DNA of 64,000 nt from Botryllus schlosseri (taxonomy: Eukaryota), in contig CM119383.1 of NCBI GenBank assembly GCA_051294905.1, positions 7,564,001 to 7,628,000 of the forward strand. The letters are read 5' to 3'. The notes under the pieces are model-generated. The model searched no databases. It had not been told where the DNA came from and saw only the letters and a list, made by a program, of their open reading frames with translations. Position numbers and translations under genes: made by a program. Of this stretch, positions 24,401-34,779 are shown one piece after another; the stretch's first letter is position 1; each line of letters opens with the position of its first letter.

Positions 24401-27400
24401 GAAAGGGGGATGTTAGGGTTAGGGTGAGGGACAATGATACTGACACCCAGGCAGTGAGTAGCGAGTCGAGTCGGAGTCATAGTGTTGTGACTCGAGTTCG
24501 TCTCCAAGTCATTCAGTTCACTGTTCAGTTTTGAATTAAATCCGATTCATCCCAGTTTTTCAACCCTACTTGAGCGATATAGAATGGCCCCATTTTCCAA
24601 CTATCACGACAGATAGACGAAACACCAATAAGGCCAGACTGGAATCGGTGTTTTCTTTCAACAACATGTTGTGTGTGACAGACGGATTTCTCGGGTGATT
24701 GGAAAATTTCATCCGCGTGACGGAAATATTTTTCGCTATGATTCAAAACTGAAGTACTTATTAAATGACACAATGTGCTAAAATAGACCTGGTATACGCC
24801 AGACTAGGGCTACGCCGTATATTCGCTGTTACACAATGCCACGCTTGCTTGAGTTCATTGTAAAGCGCAAGCGTCTTATTCTGGATCTGGACTCTGGTAT
24901 CGCTTTGTGACCTCAGCATAATTCATTAATCGACGTGATCAGATATACATGCTCGCGTGACGTTGCGCGTGCCGTTGCCATCGATTCCACTATGGCAATA
25001 AAATGGCGAGTGTGACTTTACTATTCTTTGAAGTTACGATGAAACGTCTGTCTTGGCCGTGTCGTAGTTTCGAGTCATATGACTTGGTTCGAGTCCTGCC
25101 CAATGACTCGAGTCAATACACAAGTGACTCGAGTCGAGTCATTTAACGCACTTGAAGAAATGACTCGATTAAAATCGAGTCACCAAAAAATCGTGACTCG
25201 ACTCGGACTATGGTGGGCCCAAGGTCAGTGGTTTTTCGGGCAGAAGAGAGCTGAAAAAATGTTGTGTCGGACCTGGTTACAACACACAACCAGATAACCG
25301 CAATGTCCCCACAGTATTACAGGACTGGGGAACACACAACCGGACATGGCCTGGCGGACAATTTCATCCGGCCCTGTTGCAGGCCCTAGCAATCAGCAGA
25401 GCCCAATTTGAGGCCGATGTTCCGCTCCACTCCTGTACAGTCGATAGGCAAAGCTTTGCTAGTGTCACGTCATATAGGAAGAAAAATGTGTCCATACCTC
25501 ATTGTAAAGCCCGCTAGTGGGCGCTAAAGAGTGTCTGGAATTTTAGCCACAAAGATATGGTGACCCCAAGATAACCTAAATTATGCTCGGGGATATTGTC
25601 CAAAATAGGCCACCGCCTATAATCCCTGCAGGGATGTGGGGTAAGAGGCAAGTGAGGCAATGCTTCATGAACTCGCTTTGTCATCTGGATAAGTAGGCCT
25701 AAATGAAAATTATAAAAACCTTGAATGACTCTATTGATATTTGTGGACCGACGTTTACAAATAACAAATTTTGAACATTTTTACACTCAAAATTACATGC
25801 ATACTGGTCACAAATATAGGACGGAAGGAGAGGTGACGTACGGTACATACTAACCGAGACTCACAGGTCGCAATTCATCTACCCGCGCTGCCGCGTATAG
25901 ATGTTTTAATAACTGGTAAAAATCGAATGCTATTATTGCACTGATTACGACAATCCGAATATTTACATGTTATCAGAGCCCCCTCAAAATCGCCAAGGAA
26001 TATGAAAACGCATTGAGCACAAATTTATCTGCAACACAGATTGTTGGACTGTTGGCATAAACTTTTTATAGCAGTTTTCAACACATACTTCATATCATCA
26101 TCTCATAGTATACCAGTGTTGGGATCAAGTCATTACCTTCGAGTCACGAGTCATTACACATTTTGACTCGAGTCAAGCCAAGTCAATCGATTTTCGAAAG
26201 TGACTTGAGTCAAGTCACTCATTTTTTTTGGGTGACTCGAGTCCAGTCAAGTCAAGTCACGAGTCAAGTCACAAGTCAAGTCAAATTGAATTTTCGAAGT
26301 ATGAGTGATGATTCAAAGTCACTACATTTTGCTAGCTGTGTGAAAGACAGATTAATTGGTCTGGTATCTTGAATCAAATAATGAAAATATAGTTAACTAG
26401 ACAATTAGACATGCAAAAATGCGCTGTCTGTATCGCTCATGCATACGTAGAACTGCTAATGAAATATGTAAATAACTGTATAGCTACATGCTACGTTCTG
26501 TTATTATCAGCCAAAATAGAGGTTCAAGTACGAAGCCTCGAGAAGTTGAAACAAATTGATATCGTACAATACACTACCCATCTACACATCCGTGAGAAAA
26601 TAAACGCATAAACTATATTTGTTCCATTTGAATCATACAAGAGAGATGTTAAAGGTGAGGGGTGTGCAATGTAAGCACAGAGCCGTCTAATTAATAGATT
26701 TAAGCTGCTACTAGATTAGTATACTAGTAATACTACTACTACTACTACGACAACGTAAGCTGTGATCATTTCGTTTGCGGTCAATTTATTTGTGATGTAA
26801 CAATGGAGGATCAATGAAACGTACAATCAGTGAAGGATTAGTTGATCTCACAAGTGACACTATGGCGTATCGCCAACAATCCAAACATCCACCAATCAAG
26901 GATAATCCGAGAAATATCAACGAAAAACTCCAATAACTCCGCTTTTACTGGTTGGAATTGAGTCAAATTTGTTTTGCATGGTCTCTGAAGACAGCTCAAC
27001 AATTTCATGGGGTTGACAGAAAAATTTGAATTTATTTTTTAATTTCCCTGTTTAAATTAAAAAATTCAATACTTGTTAGAATTGAACCAAATTTGGAGTG
27101 CAGCGTTTTTTAGGGTAAACTGACAATTTGATAAGTGAACGACTGGAATCCAGAAAAATAAGTTATTTTTGAACAGCCCTAATCCACAAGATACAGTGCG
27201 AAGTGACTCGAGTCAAGTCAAGTCATACGAAAAAGTTGAATCGAGTCAAGTCATGACTCGAGTCATCCCAACACTGTATTATACTGTGGTACATCGAGGC
27301 ATGCATCCTACACAGGGCCGCAACAGCACTTCGTCAGCCCCCCCCCCCAAAAAAAAAAAAAACTTTGGTCTTGGGCCCCCATAGGGTTATAGACCGAACT

Positions 27401-29777
27401 TCTGGGGGGCGAGCCCCCCAGACCCCCTCCGGCGATACACTGTTTACCACTATTCATCATATTCATTGGGAGTTTCTTTAGTGAATCAGCTTTTGTCGCC
27501 TAACGCGCGAAGCGCGCAAAATTTCTAGAATTCATGATTTCGTCGGTCAGTATGATCGGGAATTGCATACATTGTTATCAATTTTTATCTTCTCTCTGCT
27601 CACGTAATCAGATTTGCCGGTAGAGCTGAGTGAGGTGTGTTTGAAAAGGTAGGACCACTCAATAATAAATAAACATCTTCGGGCGTATACCCGTTGGCAA
27701 GAACGAAACAGCACCTCGTCAGGCCCCCAAAAACGTGGGTCTTGGGCTTACATAGACTGGTAAAACGACCCCCCCATCACGTTGTTCGCGTTTGTCACGA
27801 AATTACCTGTACTCTGTACTGTATTGTGAGCCAGCGCTAAGCGCGAAAATTTTCGATAATTTATGATAAAATCGGTCAATCAGATCGGCGATTGCATATA
27901 TAGTATGCTATCAATTTATTGTCCTTTCTACTCACGTAATTAGATTTACCGGTAGAGCTGAGTGAAGTGTCTTGAAAACGGGAGGGCCCCTAAATAATGA
28001 TCAAACATCTTCGGGCGGGCGGAACCGTTGATATGACTTCGTTACATGATGTTATTTCGTGACTTCCAGTCTGCTATATCAAAAAATATAGAACCGCCCA
28101 AACGTAGGCTTCTAAACTAAGAGACGCACACGATTTCAAATTGGTATTTCTTCACTGGCATAAAATTTTTCCCAGCGGGATGGTATTTGTCTTGTGAGGT
28201 TCAGATTGCAAAGACAGGAACATTCGGCGCCAGTCATTTAGGCGCCTATGGACAATTAGACCTATATGTATTTTGTATATATAGCGAAGTCTTTGGTCTG
28301 CATAAGGGCATAGACCTTTTCGGCCAAGCTTTTCTCGCTGCCAATCGTTCTGGCACACTTCTTGGAGTCGCATGTTATATGGCCTAAAACTTGATTGTAT
28401 GTCTTGGTAGGTCGTGGTCGTGGCGCGGTAATGGCCCAATACCCAATAATAAAGATAAATGGCTAGGTGAACTCGCGCGTAGCGGGAAAAAATTGTCAAA
28501 AAATTGCATAAATTTTCAAAAAATACTCTATGATTTATGCTAATTCACCAAATAATTTTGGGCCCCCCATCGAGCTCGCCCCCCCCCAATTGGGGGGTTT
28601 ATGGTGCGGCAGTTACGGTGCTGATCCTACATGACTAATCTCAGTTGTTCATACAACAATCGAAACGATATGGAAGGAATTTGACGACGACCACCCCTCT
28701 TTCGCTATCTATATTGCATTTAGACAGGCGATATAATATTTCACCGGGTAGTCTGCATACGAAATCAAACTCACAATTATTCTAGTTTTCGCAATAGCAA
28801 TTCAATACATCATCAGCACGTCGGTGGATTAGGCAACGACGTTTACTTTTAGTTTTTGGTTTGGTTTTATGAAGGACCGAAACAGCACCTTGTCAGCACC
28901 CCAGACCACCCTCGTACAACACGCCTTTTAAGCAACACTCCTGACCGATGTGATCAATACATCGAAGGTTTCAGCCAACATTCGGTGGTCATTTTCAGCG
29001 ATTGTCTTCTCGATGCCGATCTTTTTGGCAGCGAAGTCGCATGTTGGCCGAAACTGTATAAGTTTTGGTTGTCGTGGCGCGGTAATGACCGTTGCATAAA
29101 TGCTTAATTCTATGGATAAAGATAGACATCTACATTGAATCGCGCGAAGAAAATTAAATTTGATTGACAAAATCTCCCAAAATCTGCATAATTTATGTTG
29201 ATACACAGGAATATTCTACTAACCCCCAATTTGAGGTTTGGGGTGCGGCAGTTACGGCCCTGGTTTTATGGTTAAGTGGTTCCGTCAACGCGATAACAGG
29301 CCTAACAAAGAATGGAAACAATTAAGCGCTGTTGGGCTGATTGGCTACCTCACAACTTATTCTAGGGTCCCAACTGTACCGGTGTGAATCCGCTGAATTA
29401 TTTCACTATACTTCATGGGACGCCTAAATATAATTAGAATCCTCGTAACAGAAAATGGATGTGGTCGGATGGATAAAGGAAAAGCAAAACTGTGCTTCTT
29501 TTATAGGCCCACCTCAGGTAAACAAGTACAACTTTAGACCTATAGTCGAAATTTTATTCCACTTTCGAGCATATTTATCCAAATATCATATATATCCACA
29601 TCCACATATTCGAGTCTTAGAAACGGATCTCCACTCTTATGGGAGGCTCCGTCACATCGAGCTATGATATAGGCTACCCAGTTACAGGCGACCAAGAAAA
29701 CATTACTTACCGACATTTGCGTATTGACACGTTGCGAGGCTAATCGCGAAAGATATGCCGACAACAAGCCGAAGCAT
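186..29777 (-). CDS. Gene A (whole model, 3' end beyond window): secreted or cell-surface protein SP-CUB-EGFx14-CUB-EGFx2-FN3x2-unassigned, about 1310 aa in window
   Basis: Phase-consistent GT-AG exon chain read by hand: 29711-29777, 22097-22258, 20196-20298, 19414-19604, 18433-18564, 17558-17683, 16809-16934, 16134-16259, 15033-15152, 13792-13917, 13331-13459, 12311-12439, 12129-12251, 11319-11447, 9288-9416, 9106-9228, 8327-8449, 7763-7894, (7604-7645 tentative), 6920-7060, 6533-6633, 5464-5671, 4857-4976, 3777-3905, 3541-3713, 2598-2736, 2351-2535, 1257-1395, 186-454. No in-frame stops. Confidence 0.8.
1257..1395 (-). CDS. Gene A exon, FN3-2 second half
   Basis: [37 protein letters not shown]; acceptor ttcattctcag, donor G|GTGAAA, phase 0-1. 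Confidence 0.85.
2351..2535 (-). CDS. Gene A exon, FN3-2 first half
   Basis: [40 protein letters not shown], the classic P..L......W..P.....Y FN3 pattern; phase 1-0. Confidence 0.85.
2598..2736 (-). CDS. Gene A exon, FN3-1 second half
   Basis: [16 protein letters not shown] (GL..T.Y motif); donor C|GTGAGT; NAGNAG acceptor (2736 or 2733). Confidence 0.85.
3541..3713 (-). CDS. Gene A exon, FN3-1 first half (divergent)
   Basis: [41 protein letters not shown]; donor GGC|GTGAGT; phase 1-0. Confidence 0.75.
3777..3905 (-). CDS. Gene A exon, EGF-Ca 16
   Basis: [43 protein letters not shown]; six Cys; phase 1-1. Confidence 0.92.
4227..4790. mobile_element. Foldback element with about 150-bp inverted arms
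   Basis: About 4275-4444 is the imperfect reverse complement of about 4621-4785; related arms at about 3165-3280, 14195-14455 and 47500-47745. Confidence 0.8.
4857..4976 (-). CDS. Gene A exon, EGF 15
   Basis: [40 protein letters not shown]; phase 1-1; donor GTATGT. Confidence 0.9.
5464..5671 (-). CDS. Gene A exon, CUB2 C-terminal part
   Basis: Ends ...[22 protein letters not shown] (CUB F.SD...GF motif); acceptor tatttttag, donor G|GTAAGC. Absent from the ORF track. Confidence 0.85.
6533..6633 (-). CDS. Gene A exon, CUB2 middle part
   Basis: [21 protein letters not shown] (CUB I.L.F..F.TE...D.L motif); acceptor gtttcctctccag, donor GTAAGT. Confidence 0.85.
6920..7060 (-). CDS. Gene A exon, CUB2 N-terminal part
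   Basis: [30 protein letters not shown]...; phase 1-1; donor G|GTACGA. Confidence 0.75.
7763..7894 (-). CDS. Gene A exon, EGF-Ca 14
   Basis: [44 protein letters not shown]; phase 1-1. Confidence 0.9.
8327..8449 (-). CDS. Gene A exon, EGF-Ca 13
   Basis: [41 protein letters not shown]. Confidence 0.92.
9106..9228 (-). CDS. Gene A exon, EGF-Ca 12
   Basis: [41 protein letters not shown]. Confidence 0.92.
9288..9416 (-). CDS. Gene A exon, EGF-Ca 11
   Basis: [43 protein letters not shown]. Confidence 0.92.
9813..11073. mobile_element. hAT-type MITE, family CAGAGGTGGTCA (1261 bp)
   Basis: 12-bp TIR; perfect 8-bp TSD CATATCAG; CTACTT/AAGTAG subterminal arrays; homologous to 58876-60142. Confidence 0.9.
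11319..11447 (-). CDS. Gene A exon, EGF-Ca 10
   Basis: [43 protein letters not shown]. Confidence 0.92.
12129..12251 (-). CDS. Gene A exon, EGF-Ca 9
   Basis: [41 protein letters not shown]. Confidence 0.92.
12311..12439 (-). CDS. Gene A exon, EGF-Ca 8
   Basis: [43 protein letters not shown]. Confidence 0.92.
12805..13175. mobile_element. hAT-type MITE, TIR TAGG(C/G)TTACCATA (371 bp)
   Basis: 13-bp TIR with one mismatch; perfect TSD TACTATGT; AAAAAGAGGAC subterminal repeats. Confidence 0.85.
13331..13459 (-). CDS. Gene A exon, EGF-Ca 7
   Basis: [43 protein letters not shown]. Confidence 0.92.
13792..13917 (-). CDS. Gene A exon, EGF-Ca 6
   Basis: [42 protein letters not shown]. Confidence 0.92.
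14195..14455. mobile_element. Foldback element, right arm truncated, abutting the dead EGF exon
   Basis: GAAGAGCTTCTTGGAGG start as at 4227; hairpin centre near 14410. Confidence 0.75.
14441..14529 (-). pseudogene. Dead EGF exon (5' half only, truncated at a foldback element)
   Basis: Intact acceptor caattgacag, then [24 protein letters not shown] (E to K, third Cys to Y), running into repeat sequence and TAA; no 3' half or donor. Confidence 0.75.
15033..15152 (-). CDS. Gene A exon, EGF-Ca 5
   Basis: [40 protein letters not shown]. Confidence 0.92.
16134..16259 (-). CDS. Gene A exon, EGF-Ca 4
   Basis: [42 protein letters not shown]. Confidence 0.92.
16809..16934 (-). CDS. Gene A exon, EGF-Ca 3
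   Basis: [42 protein letters not shown]. Confidence 0.92.
17255..17311 (-). pseudogene. Remnant of an EGF exon 3' end plus donor and intron
   Basis: aaacttcatcaaaagaacaaacatgcttatgtgaagatcgcacctgtacagggg closely matches 16093-16144; only about 14 exon nt remain. Confidence 0.7.
17558..17683 (-). CDS. Gene A exon, EGF-Ca 2
   Basis: [42 protein letters not shown]. Confidence 0.92.
18433..18564 (-). CDS. Gene A exon, EGF 1
   Basis: [44 protein letters not shown]; donor G|GTGAGA. Confidence 0.9.
19414..19604 (-). CDS. Gene A exon, CUB1 C-terminal part
   Basis: ...[26 protein letters not shown] (CUB RGF..Y motif); phase 2-1; donor GTCTCT is weak. Confidence 0.75.
20196..20298 (-). CDS. Gene A exon, CUB1 middle part
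   Basis: [22 protein letters not shown]...; acceptor tactgtttcag; donor AG|GTAGGG gives phase 2, matching the next exon. Confidence 0.75.
20785..21314. mobile_element. hAT-type MITE with GACTCGAGTC arrays, TIR (C/T)AGGGTTGC
   Basis: TSD GTGAGAGA/GTGGGAGA (7 of 8); many GACTCGAGTC and CAAGT motifs. Confidence 0.85.
22097..22258 (-). CDS. Gene A exon, CUB1 N-terminal part
   Basis: [34 protein letters not shown] (CUB C...SG...SP.Y...YP); donor G|GTGAGA. Confidence 0.8.
22689..23105. mobile_element. Degenerate copy of the GACTCGAGTC MITE family
   Basis: AGGGTTGTAA...TTACAACCCTG ends, internal similarity to 20785-21314; no clear TSD. Further remnants at about 2062-2115, 24124-24230, 24460-24520 and 25070-25205. 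Confidence 0.65.
24352..24430 (+). repeat. Telomere-like G-rich tract (TTAGGG variants), G-quadruplex-forming potential
   Basis: GGTTAGGGGGATATTAGGGTTGGGGGAGGGAGATATTAGGGTTGTGGGAAAGGGGGATGTTAGGGTTAGGGTGAGGG. Confidence 0.75.
25300..25600 (-). mobile_element. Possible degenerate non-LTR (LINE) RT fragment
   Basis: Minus-strand [15 protein letters not shown] resembles the RT C-terminal YLGV motif; surrounding frames are broken. Confidence 0.25.
26114..27276. mobile_element. hAT-type MITE with GACTCGAGTC arrays, TIR CAGTGTTGGGAT (1163 bp)
   Basis: 12-bp TIR; TSD TAGTATAC/TATTATAC (7 of 8). Confidence 0.85.
27313..28623 (+). mobile_element. hAT-type MITE, family CAGGGCCGTAAC (1311 bp)
   Basis: Perfect TSD ATCCTACA; poly-C tracts; homologous to 28872, 34780 and 44712 copies. 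Confidence 0.9.
28872..29262 (+). mobile_element. hAT-type MITE, family CAGGGCCGTAAC, short derivative (391 bp)
   Basis: Perfect TSD GTTTTATG. Confidence 0.85.
29711..29777 (-). CDS. Gene A first coding exon, signal peptide
   Basis: ATG...[22 protein letters not shown] then G|GTAAGT phase-1 donor; splices in frame to the CUB1 exon; too short for the ORF track. Confidence 0.7.
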
Positions 29778-32700
29778 AATAGCGACTGGTTATACGGGAA
29801 ATAAAATTACACTATAAACATATAATGGACACACCAACCGTGCACCGACCCTAAACCTGCGAAATTAATTCGAACAAAATTAATCAAAATCGAGTGCGAA
29901 ACTGTGTGATGTCTGATGCGTAACTTGCAAATCATGCAAAACTTGTACCGAGCCTTAAATCAAACCATGAACACAGTGAACAATAGCCTAATCGGTTCTT
30001 GAACGTGACCAGAAGCCGAGGAATTGCGAAAAAACGATCTCTGAATTAACAGCTGGCTAACGCATGGTTAAAAATAATTAGAATTAACTTGTCTACAGCT
30101 CAACTCACAAATTTCCATCGTTTTAAATAATTACGCTACATAGATAAAAAGCCGGATATTCTGCCTCTATATTAATAAGAAGAGCTTCTGGGTTACGCCC
30201 AACCCGACAATCGTATGCTTTCTATCCATTCGAGCATTCAACCATTGCAATTCCTGGCCTCCGCGTAAGTAAGCACGTCAGCGTCAAATAACACGCTGCT
30301 CAAAAAAAAGGCGCCTTGAATTTGACCAAACACAGGTTAGTTTTCACACGCATTGCAACTCCATGGTTTAAAGTATTAAAGTTATGAGAAACCGCACTGG
30401 ATGAATATCAACACTGCATGTGTACATTGACATTTGTAATAAACTCAAAATGTCAAATGATGAATAATGTGCTAAGAATTCGCATGCATTTGAAAATTAA
30501 TAATATGATTCAGCGATACGTTAGACACAAGAGTGTCGCGGAGAACTGAAACGATTTACACTTATCTCATCACACATAGGACGGAGGTACATCATCGATG
30601 AATAACGAGCGATTTATGATTATATATCGCTAAAGTCGGCTGAAATCAAGAAAAACATTACCCAAAACAGATTACGGTACACAATTATGATCACTGAATA
30701 GTATCGTACATATTTTGCTATCAACGAAATTATTTATTTGCCTTTGGGCTTTGGTCACTATCTCAAAGTGTCTAGGTAATTGGGTGTGTAGAACCAAACA
30801 TGCAGGTTCTGCTATATAGGCTAAGTCGAAGTCAACAGCAGATGAGCCAGATTCGTAAATAAGTGCACTTGCGATCTTGCGAAAAGCCAGATCGGGCAAA
30901 ACGCCGCGAATAACAACTGAAAAATTTTGTACATGTATAGCACGAAGTCAAGATTTTCCGCAAATTTGCCGGATCAAACCTGCGACGTATACGAGTTATT
31001 CCAGCAATGCATCATAGAAATACCACGCCAGTCAAATCCTTTACGTCTCATACTTTCAACAGCCGCATACCAGGAGCATTAGGTTATCCCGTTAACCCAG
31101 CAGAGAATATTCATCAAAGCATGACTGGAAAACGCACACTTGTAATGCGCGTTAGCAAGTTTTCCTCTTTCCGCGTGACCAAGTATACGGGCCGGTAACA
31201 TATCATTACTTTTAAAACACCGAAGTATTATATCTTCTGTAGACAATCGAGTCATTGAGTACATAACAGTAGATTAGAAAATATGTCAGTGGGCATAGAT
31301 TGGATTTATAGAGAGTGTATCTATTGAGCCCCGACATATCATATTGGGTGCTTGAGTAATACACACGTATACAACAGATGTAAAGAATTAACCAAAACAA
31401 TGGTCAGATTTCCCGAGCAATAATGCTGTCTATTTGTCACTAACTCAGAGCATAGCGAAGTCATTGCGATTTCGGACACTGGTGTTAACCAGTACCATCA
31501 CAGTTTGAAAAGCAATGTCGAGAACAATCGATAGAAACTGCTTAAATATATATCAGCGTATGCATAATGTAGCGATGTCGAGATTGGGAAATGAAATAGT
31601 CGATAGACGCGGCTGCGAGACATATCATTCCTATCTGGGGGGTCATTACATGCTCTTCGTAAGAATAGAATCTTCGGTATTCGGGAAACCGCCTAACATT
31701 TTTCATGATCGGTATTCCGTGCTGGTACCGAATACCATGAATGCGTATGTTTCTGTGTCACTGTCGCTGCCCGTTTGATCTATATTTCAGTTCGATGTAT
31801 ATACGGACCGTCTCTCTCACATACCATTGCAATATCGTAACGTGGAGTGAACTTGAGGGTTCTGAATTACATTTCCGGGAACCAGTACCAATTCGACCCA
31901 TTTAATAAGCACACTTTCAATCCCACGTAAACAAACATATTTGACGACGGAAGTGATTACATTCTGTAATTATTAGCGCGGGAATAGAAATCGATATTGC
32001 ATTCTACATAATAAATGCGAACCTATACTCCATGCAGAATAGCCGTTACATGTGTAGCAGAGTAAATACGCCCAAATAAAATTTTATTCAGATTTTCCCA
32101 CACAATGGTTTTAACGAAATAAAAGGGACAATATGGCGAGTGGAGCAAATACGATCAAAATGACCAAGAATACACCAATCAGCAACTATACGGAAACTGG
32201 AACAATAGCTGATTCTCTAGAACAGTCGTTTTCTAACTTTTTTAGACACGCCCCTTGATGATAGTGAATCGTCATATAAAAAAATATTTAAAAGGGCAAC
32301 CAGAATGTTTACAATCCCGACACATTGTTTGATGGCACGGAAGGTGTTATAGCTGTTCTGTACAGTAACTTCTCAAATATGTAATTCTGACTATACACAG
32401 AGCAACAAATACGAGCTGGAGGTATAGATTGTTTGATATTCTGTTAAACATAATCATGCGCCCTGGTAGCTCGTGGCACATGGATATTTTAGCGATTTAG
32501 GTGCCAAATCCCTCCTATTTGCACCTCGAGCTTAGTTCAAACAATACCTGATCATAAGCTAAATCACAAACCAATGGCATAGCTACACGCATTTACTAGT
32601 TACACTTCATTCAGGGGCATCTTCTGGTTAGTGCAAGTTTCCGTTATCAGTCAAAATGTAGCATCAGTGTGTGGATGGCTCGACGCAAATATGACATTTA

Positions 32701-33682
32701 AAATCGAAATATAATTATGATTATTGTCATTGTTGAAATTCGGAAGTTTCAGCACAAACTAAACTCGTTCCTAATTCAAGAAATATCATTTCTTTCAAGC
32801 GGCCTAGCGACTCCCCTCAGATGCTTCCCCGCTTCCCCATGGGGTGCGAACCACTGCACTACTAGAACCTCGACAAATTTTCGCCAGATAATCGTTAGTT
32901 ATATCAGATGACAGGGCAGAAGAGCAACCTTTTTCTACTAGTGTCGTGCGCCACGAACTCCACCCTCAAAACAATGAAGGAAAAATGTCCATCACTAATG
33001 ACTATATATTCGTAATTTCGCAAGCAAAAGATGACAGCCAATAGGCGTCTGACAGGCGTCCAACTACAATACTGTTTCCACAGCTTGATCAGTGAAAACG
33101 AGGCAAGCTCCTCAAGTATTTCCAACTGACTGACCCACCGCCAGAACCACAAAACAACGATAATTTCACGGTTTCTGCGTGCGAGTATTTATGCATCCAA
33201 TTATATATCCAGACAAGATTTAAAGAACAACATTTTTGGCGTGACTCTTCGCGTCTACCATACTCGGATTATTCAGAATCTTCTAACTTCTTCGAAATCA
33301 TATGTTCTTCTCGTCTGTTGTTAACGTAGGGGGTGTCAGGTATATTCTATTTTTACGGTGCACAATTTCACGGGAGAAAGTAGATCTAGTTCGTTACGAA
33401 TTTAGATATATATATATACATTTGTCCACCCTTCGGATACGGCGTCACAAGTACAATGCGCGATCCCGCAATACCATGGTACACGACTGAGGTACACGAC
33501 TGAGGTTGTAGGCCACACCTCAAAAACGTAATGATGTCAATCAATCAATGAAAAATGTCGAGCAGGTGACAGCCGTGTCTTTCATTTGTGTTACATATCG
33601 AATCGGGGATATGATGTTTAGGATTGACTAACAGGAAATATACGATCAGCGACATATCACTAGGCTTTGTTTGACTTAGTAC

Positions 33683-34672
33683 TAGGGATGGTGTGAACCT
33701 CTGAAAGGTTCAGGTTCGTGTGAACGCGAACCTTTTTAAAAGGTTCTGTGTGAACACGAACGTGAACCTCGTGACGTCATATTGCTAATTCCAACCCTAT
33801 CTTCCAATGAAGTGATAGCCTATATTAATGTACACGATACCTAGCGAAGACTCGGTCCACATAATGCCACAATGCTGAAGTACATATCGGCGTTTTAAAC
33901 GTCGCTAAATGTATCAACAGCGGTAATCAAAGGATATAATAATTGCGTAAAATCAATACATTCCGTCGCTTTGCCAACAATTTCGACGAGGACTTACCAA
34001 GGAATATAAGCTTACGCCTTAACGTTCTTAGCCAGACCGGACTATGTGTTCGGAGTCTGAGTATTGCTACATTGATATGGAGCAGTGTGTACAACGGGTT
34101 TCAATACTCCCTACCGATACCACAAACAACCACAAGTTATGCAGCAGTAGCAAACACTTTAATCGCACGGATTTGGTTTTAATGATACAGTAAAGATATG
34201 AAGTCAAGATTGACCCCGTACGCCCGTACGATTTTTTACATCAGAAGACGATATCAATGTCATTGATTGGTTGAATATAAGCATCATTCTCTGACTACGT
34301 ATATCGCTCGTGATGTTATGTGATTGCGGGTCAAGCTCACAGCAGATAGTCACTAAATATCCACAAACGGAAAGCAGGTTATTCCGAGAAAATTTTCGCA
34401 ACAAAGCAACTAAAACTTTTAAGGTTGTCGAGGTGCATGGTGCATGCTCGTTAAGCGTTGATTTTTTATGCTGCCAGCACCATGCATGGAGTGGCCCGCA
34501 GTTGAAATGCAATAAATTTGAGCCAAAGATCTTATAATGGAGTGAAAATTACAATTTACCAAAAGGTTCACAGTGCAGAACCTACCAAGGTTCTGTTGTG
34601 AACACAAACCTCTAAATTTCCGAGGTTCACACACAGAACGCGAACGTGAACCTCACGTTCACACCATCCCTA
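33683..34672. mobile_element. hAT-type MITE, TIR TAGGGATGGTGTGAAC (990 bp)
   Basis: 16-bp TIR; perfect TSD CTTAGTAC; GTGAAC/GAACC subterminal repeats. Confidence 0.9.
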
Positions 34673-34779
34673 CTTAGTACCCCAATACTTACAGTGATAA
34701 CAGCTATCTTCTCTTATGCAGCCGTTTTAAAAAGATGTTATTTCGAGCGTAGCCTACGATCAAATATTGCCCGTGGATT

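Noticed and set aside
20790-27270. Regularly recurring GACTCGAGTC palindromes as a CRISPR-like array
   Set aside because: Irregular spacing, no unique spacers, bounded by TIRs and TSDs in a eukaryotic intron; these are MITE subterminal repeats.
34310-34537. ORF inside the 33683-34672 MITE as a transposase remnant (ESRLF resembling hAT SERLFS)
   Set aside because: Only a short partial motif; the surrounding residues do not fit the hAT dimerisation domain.
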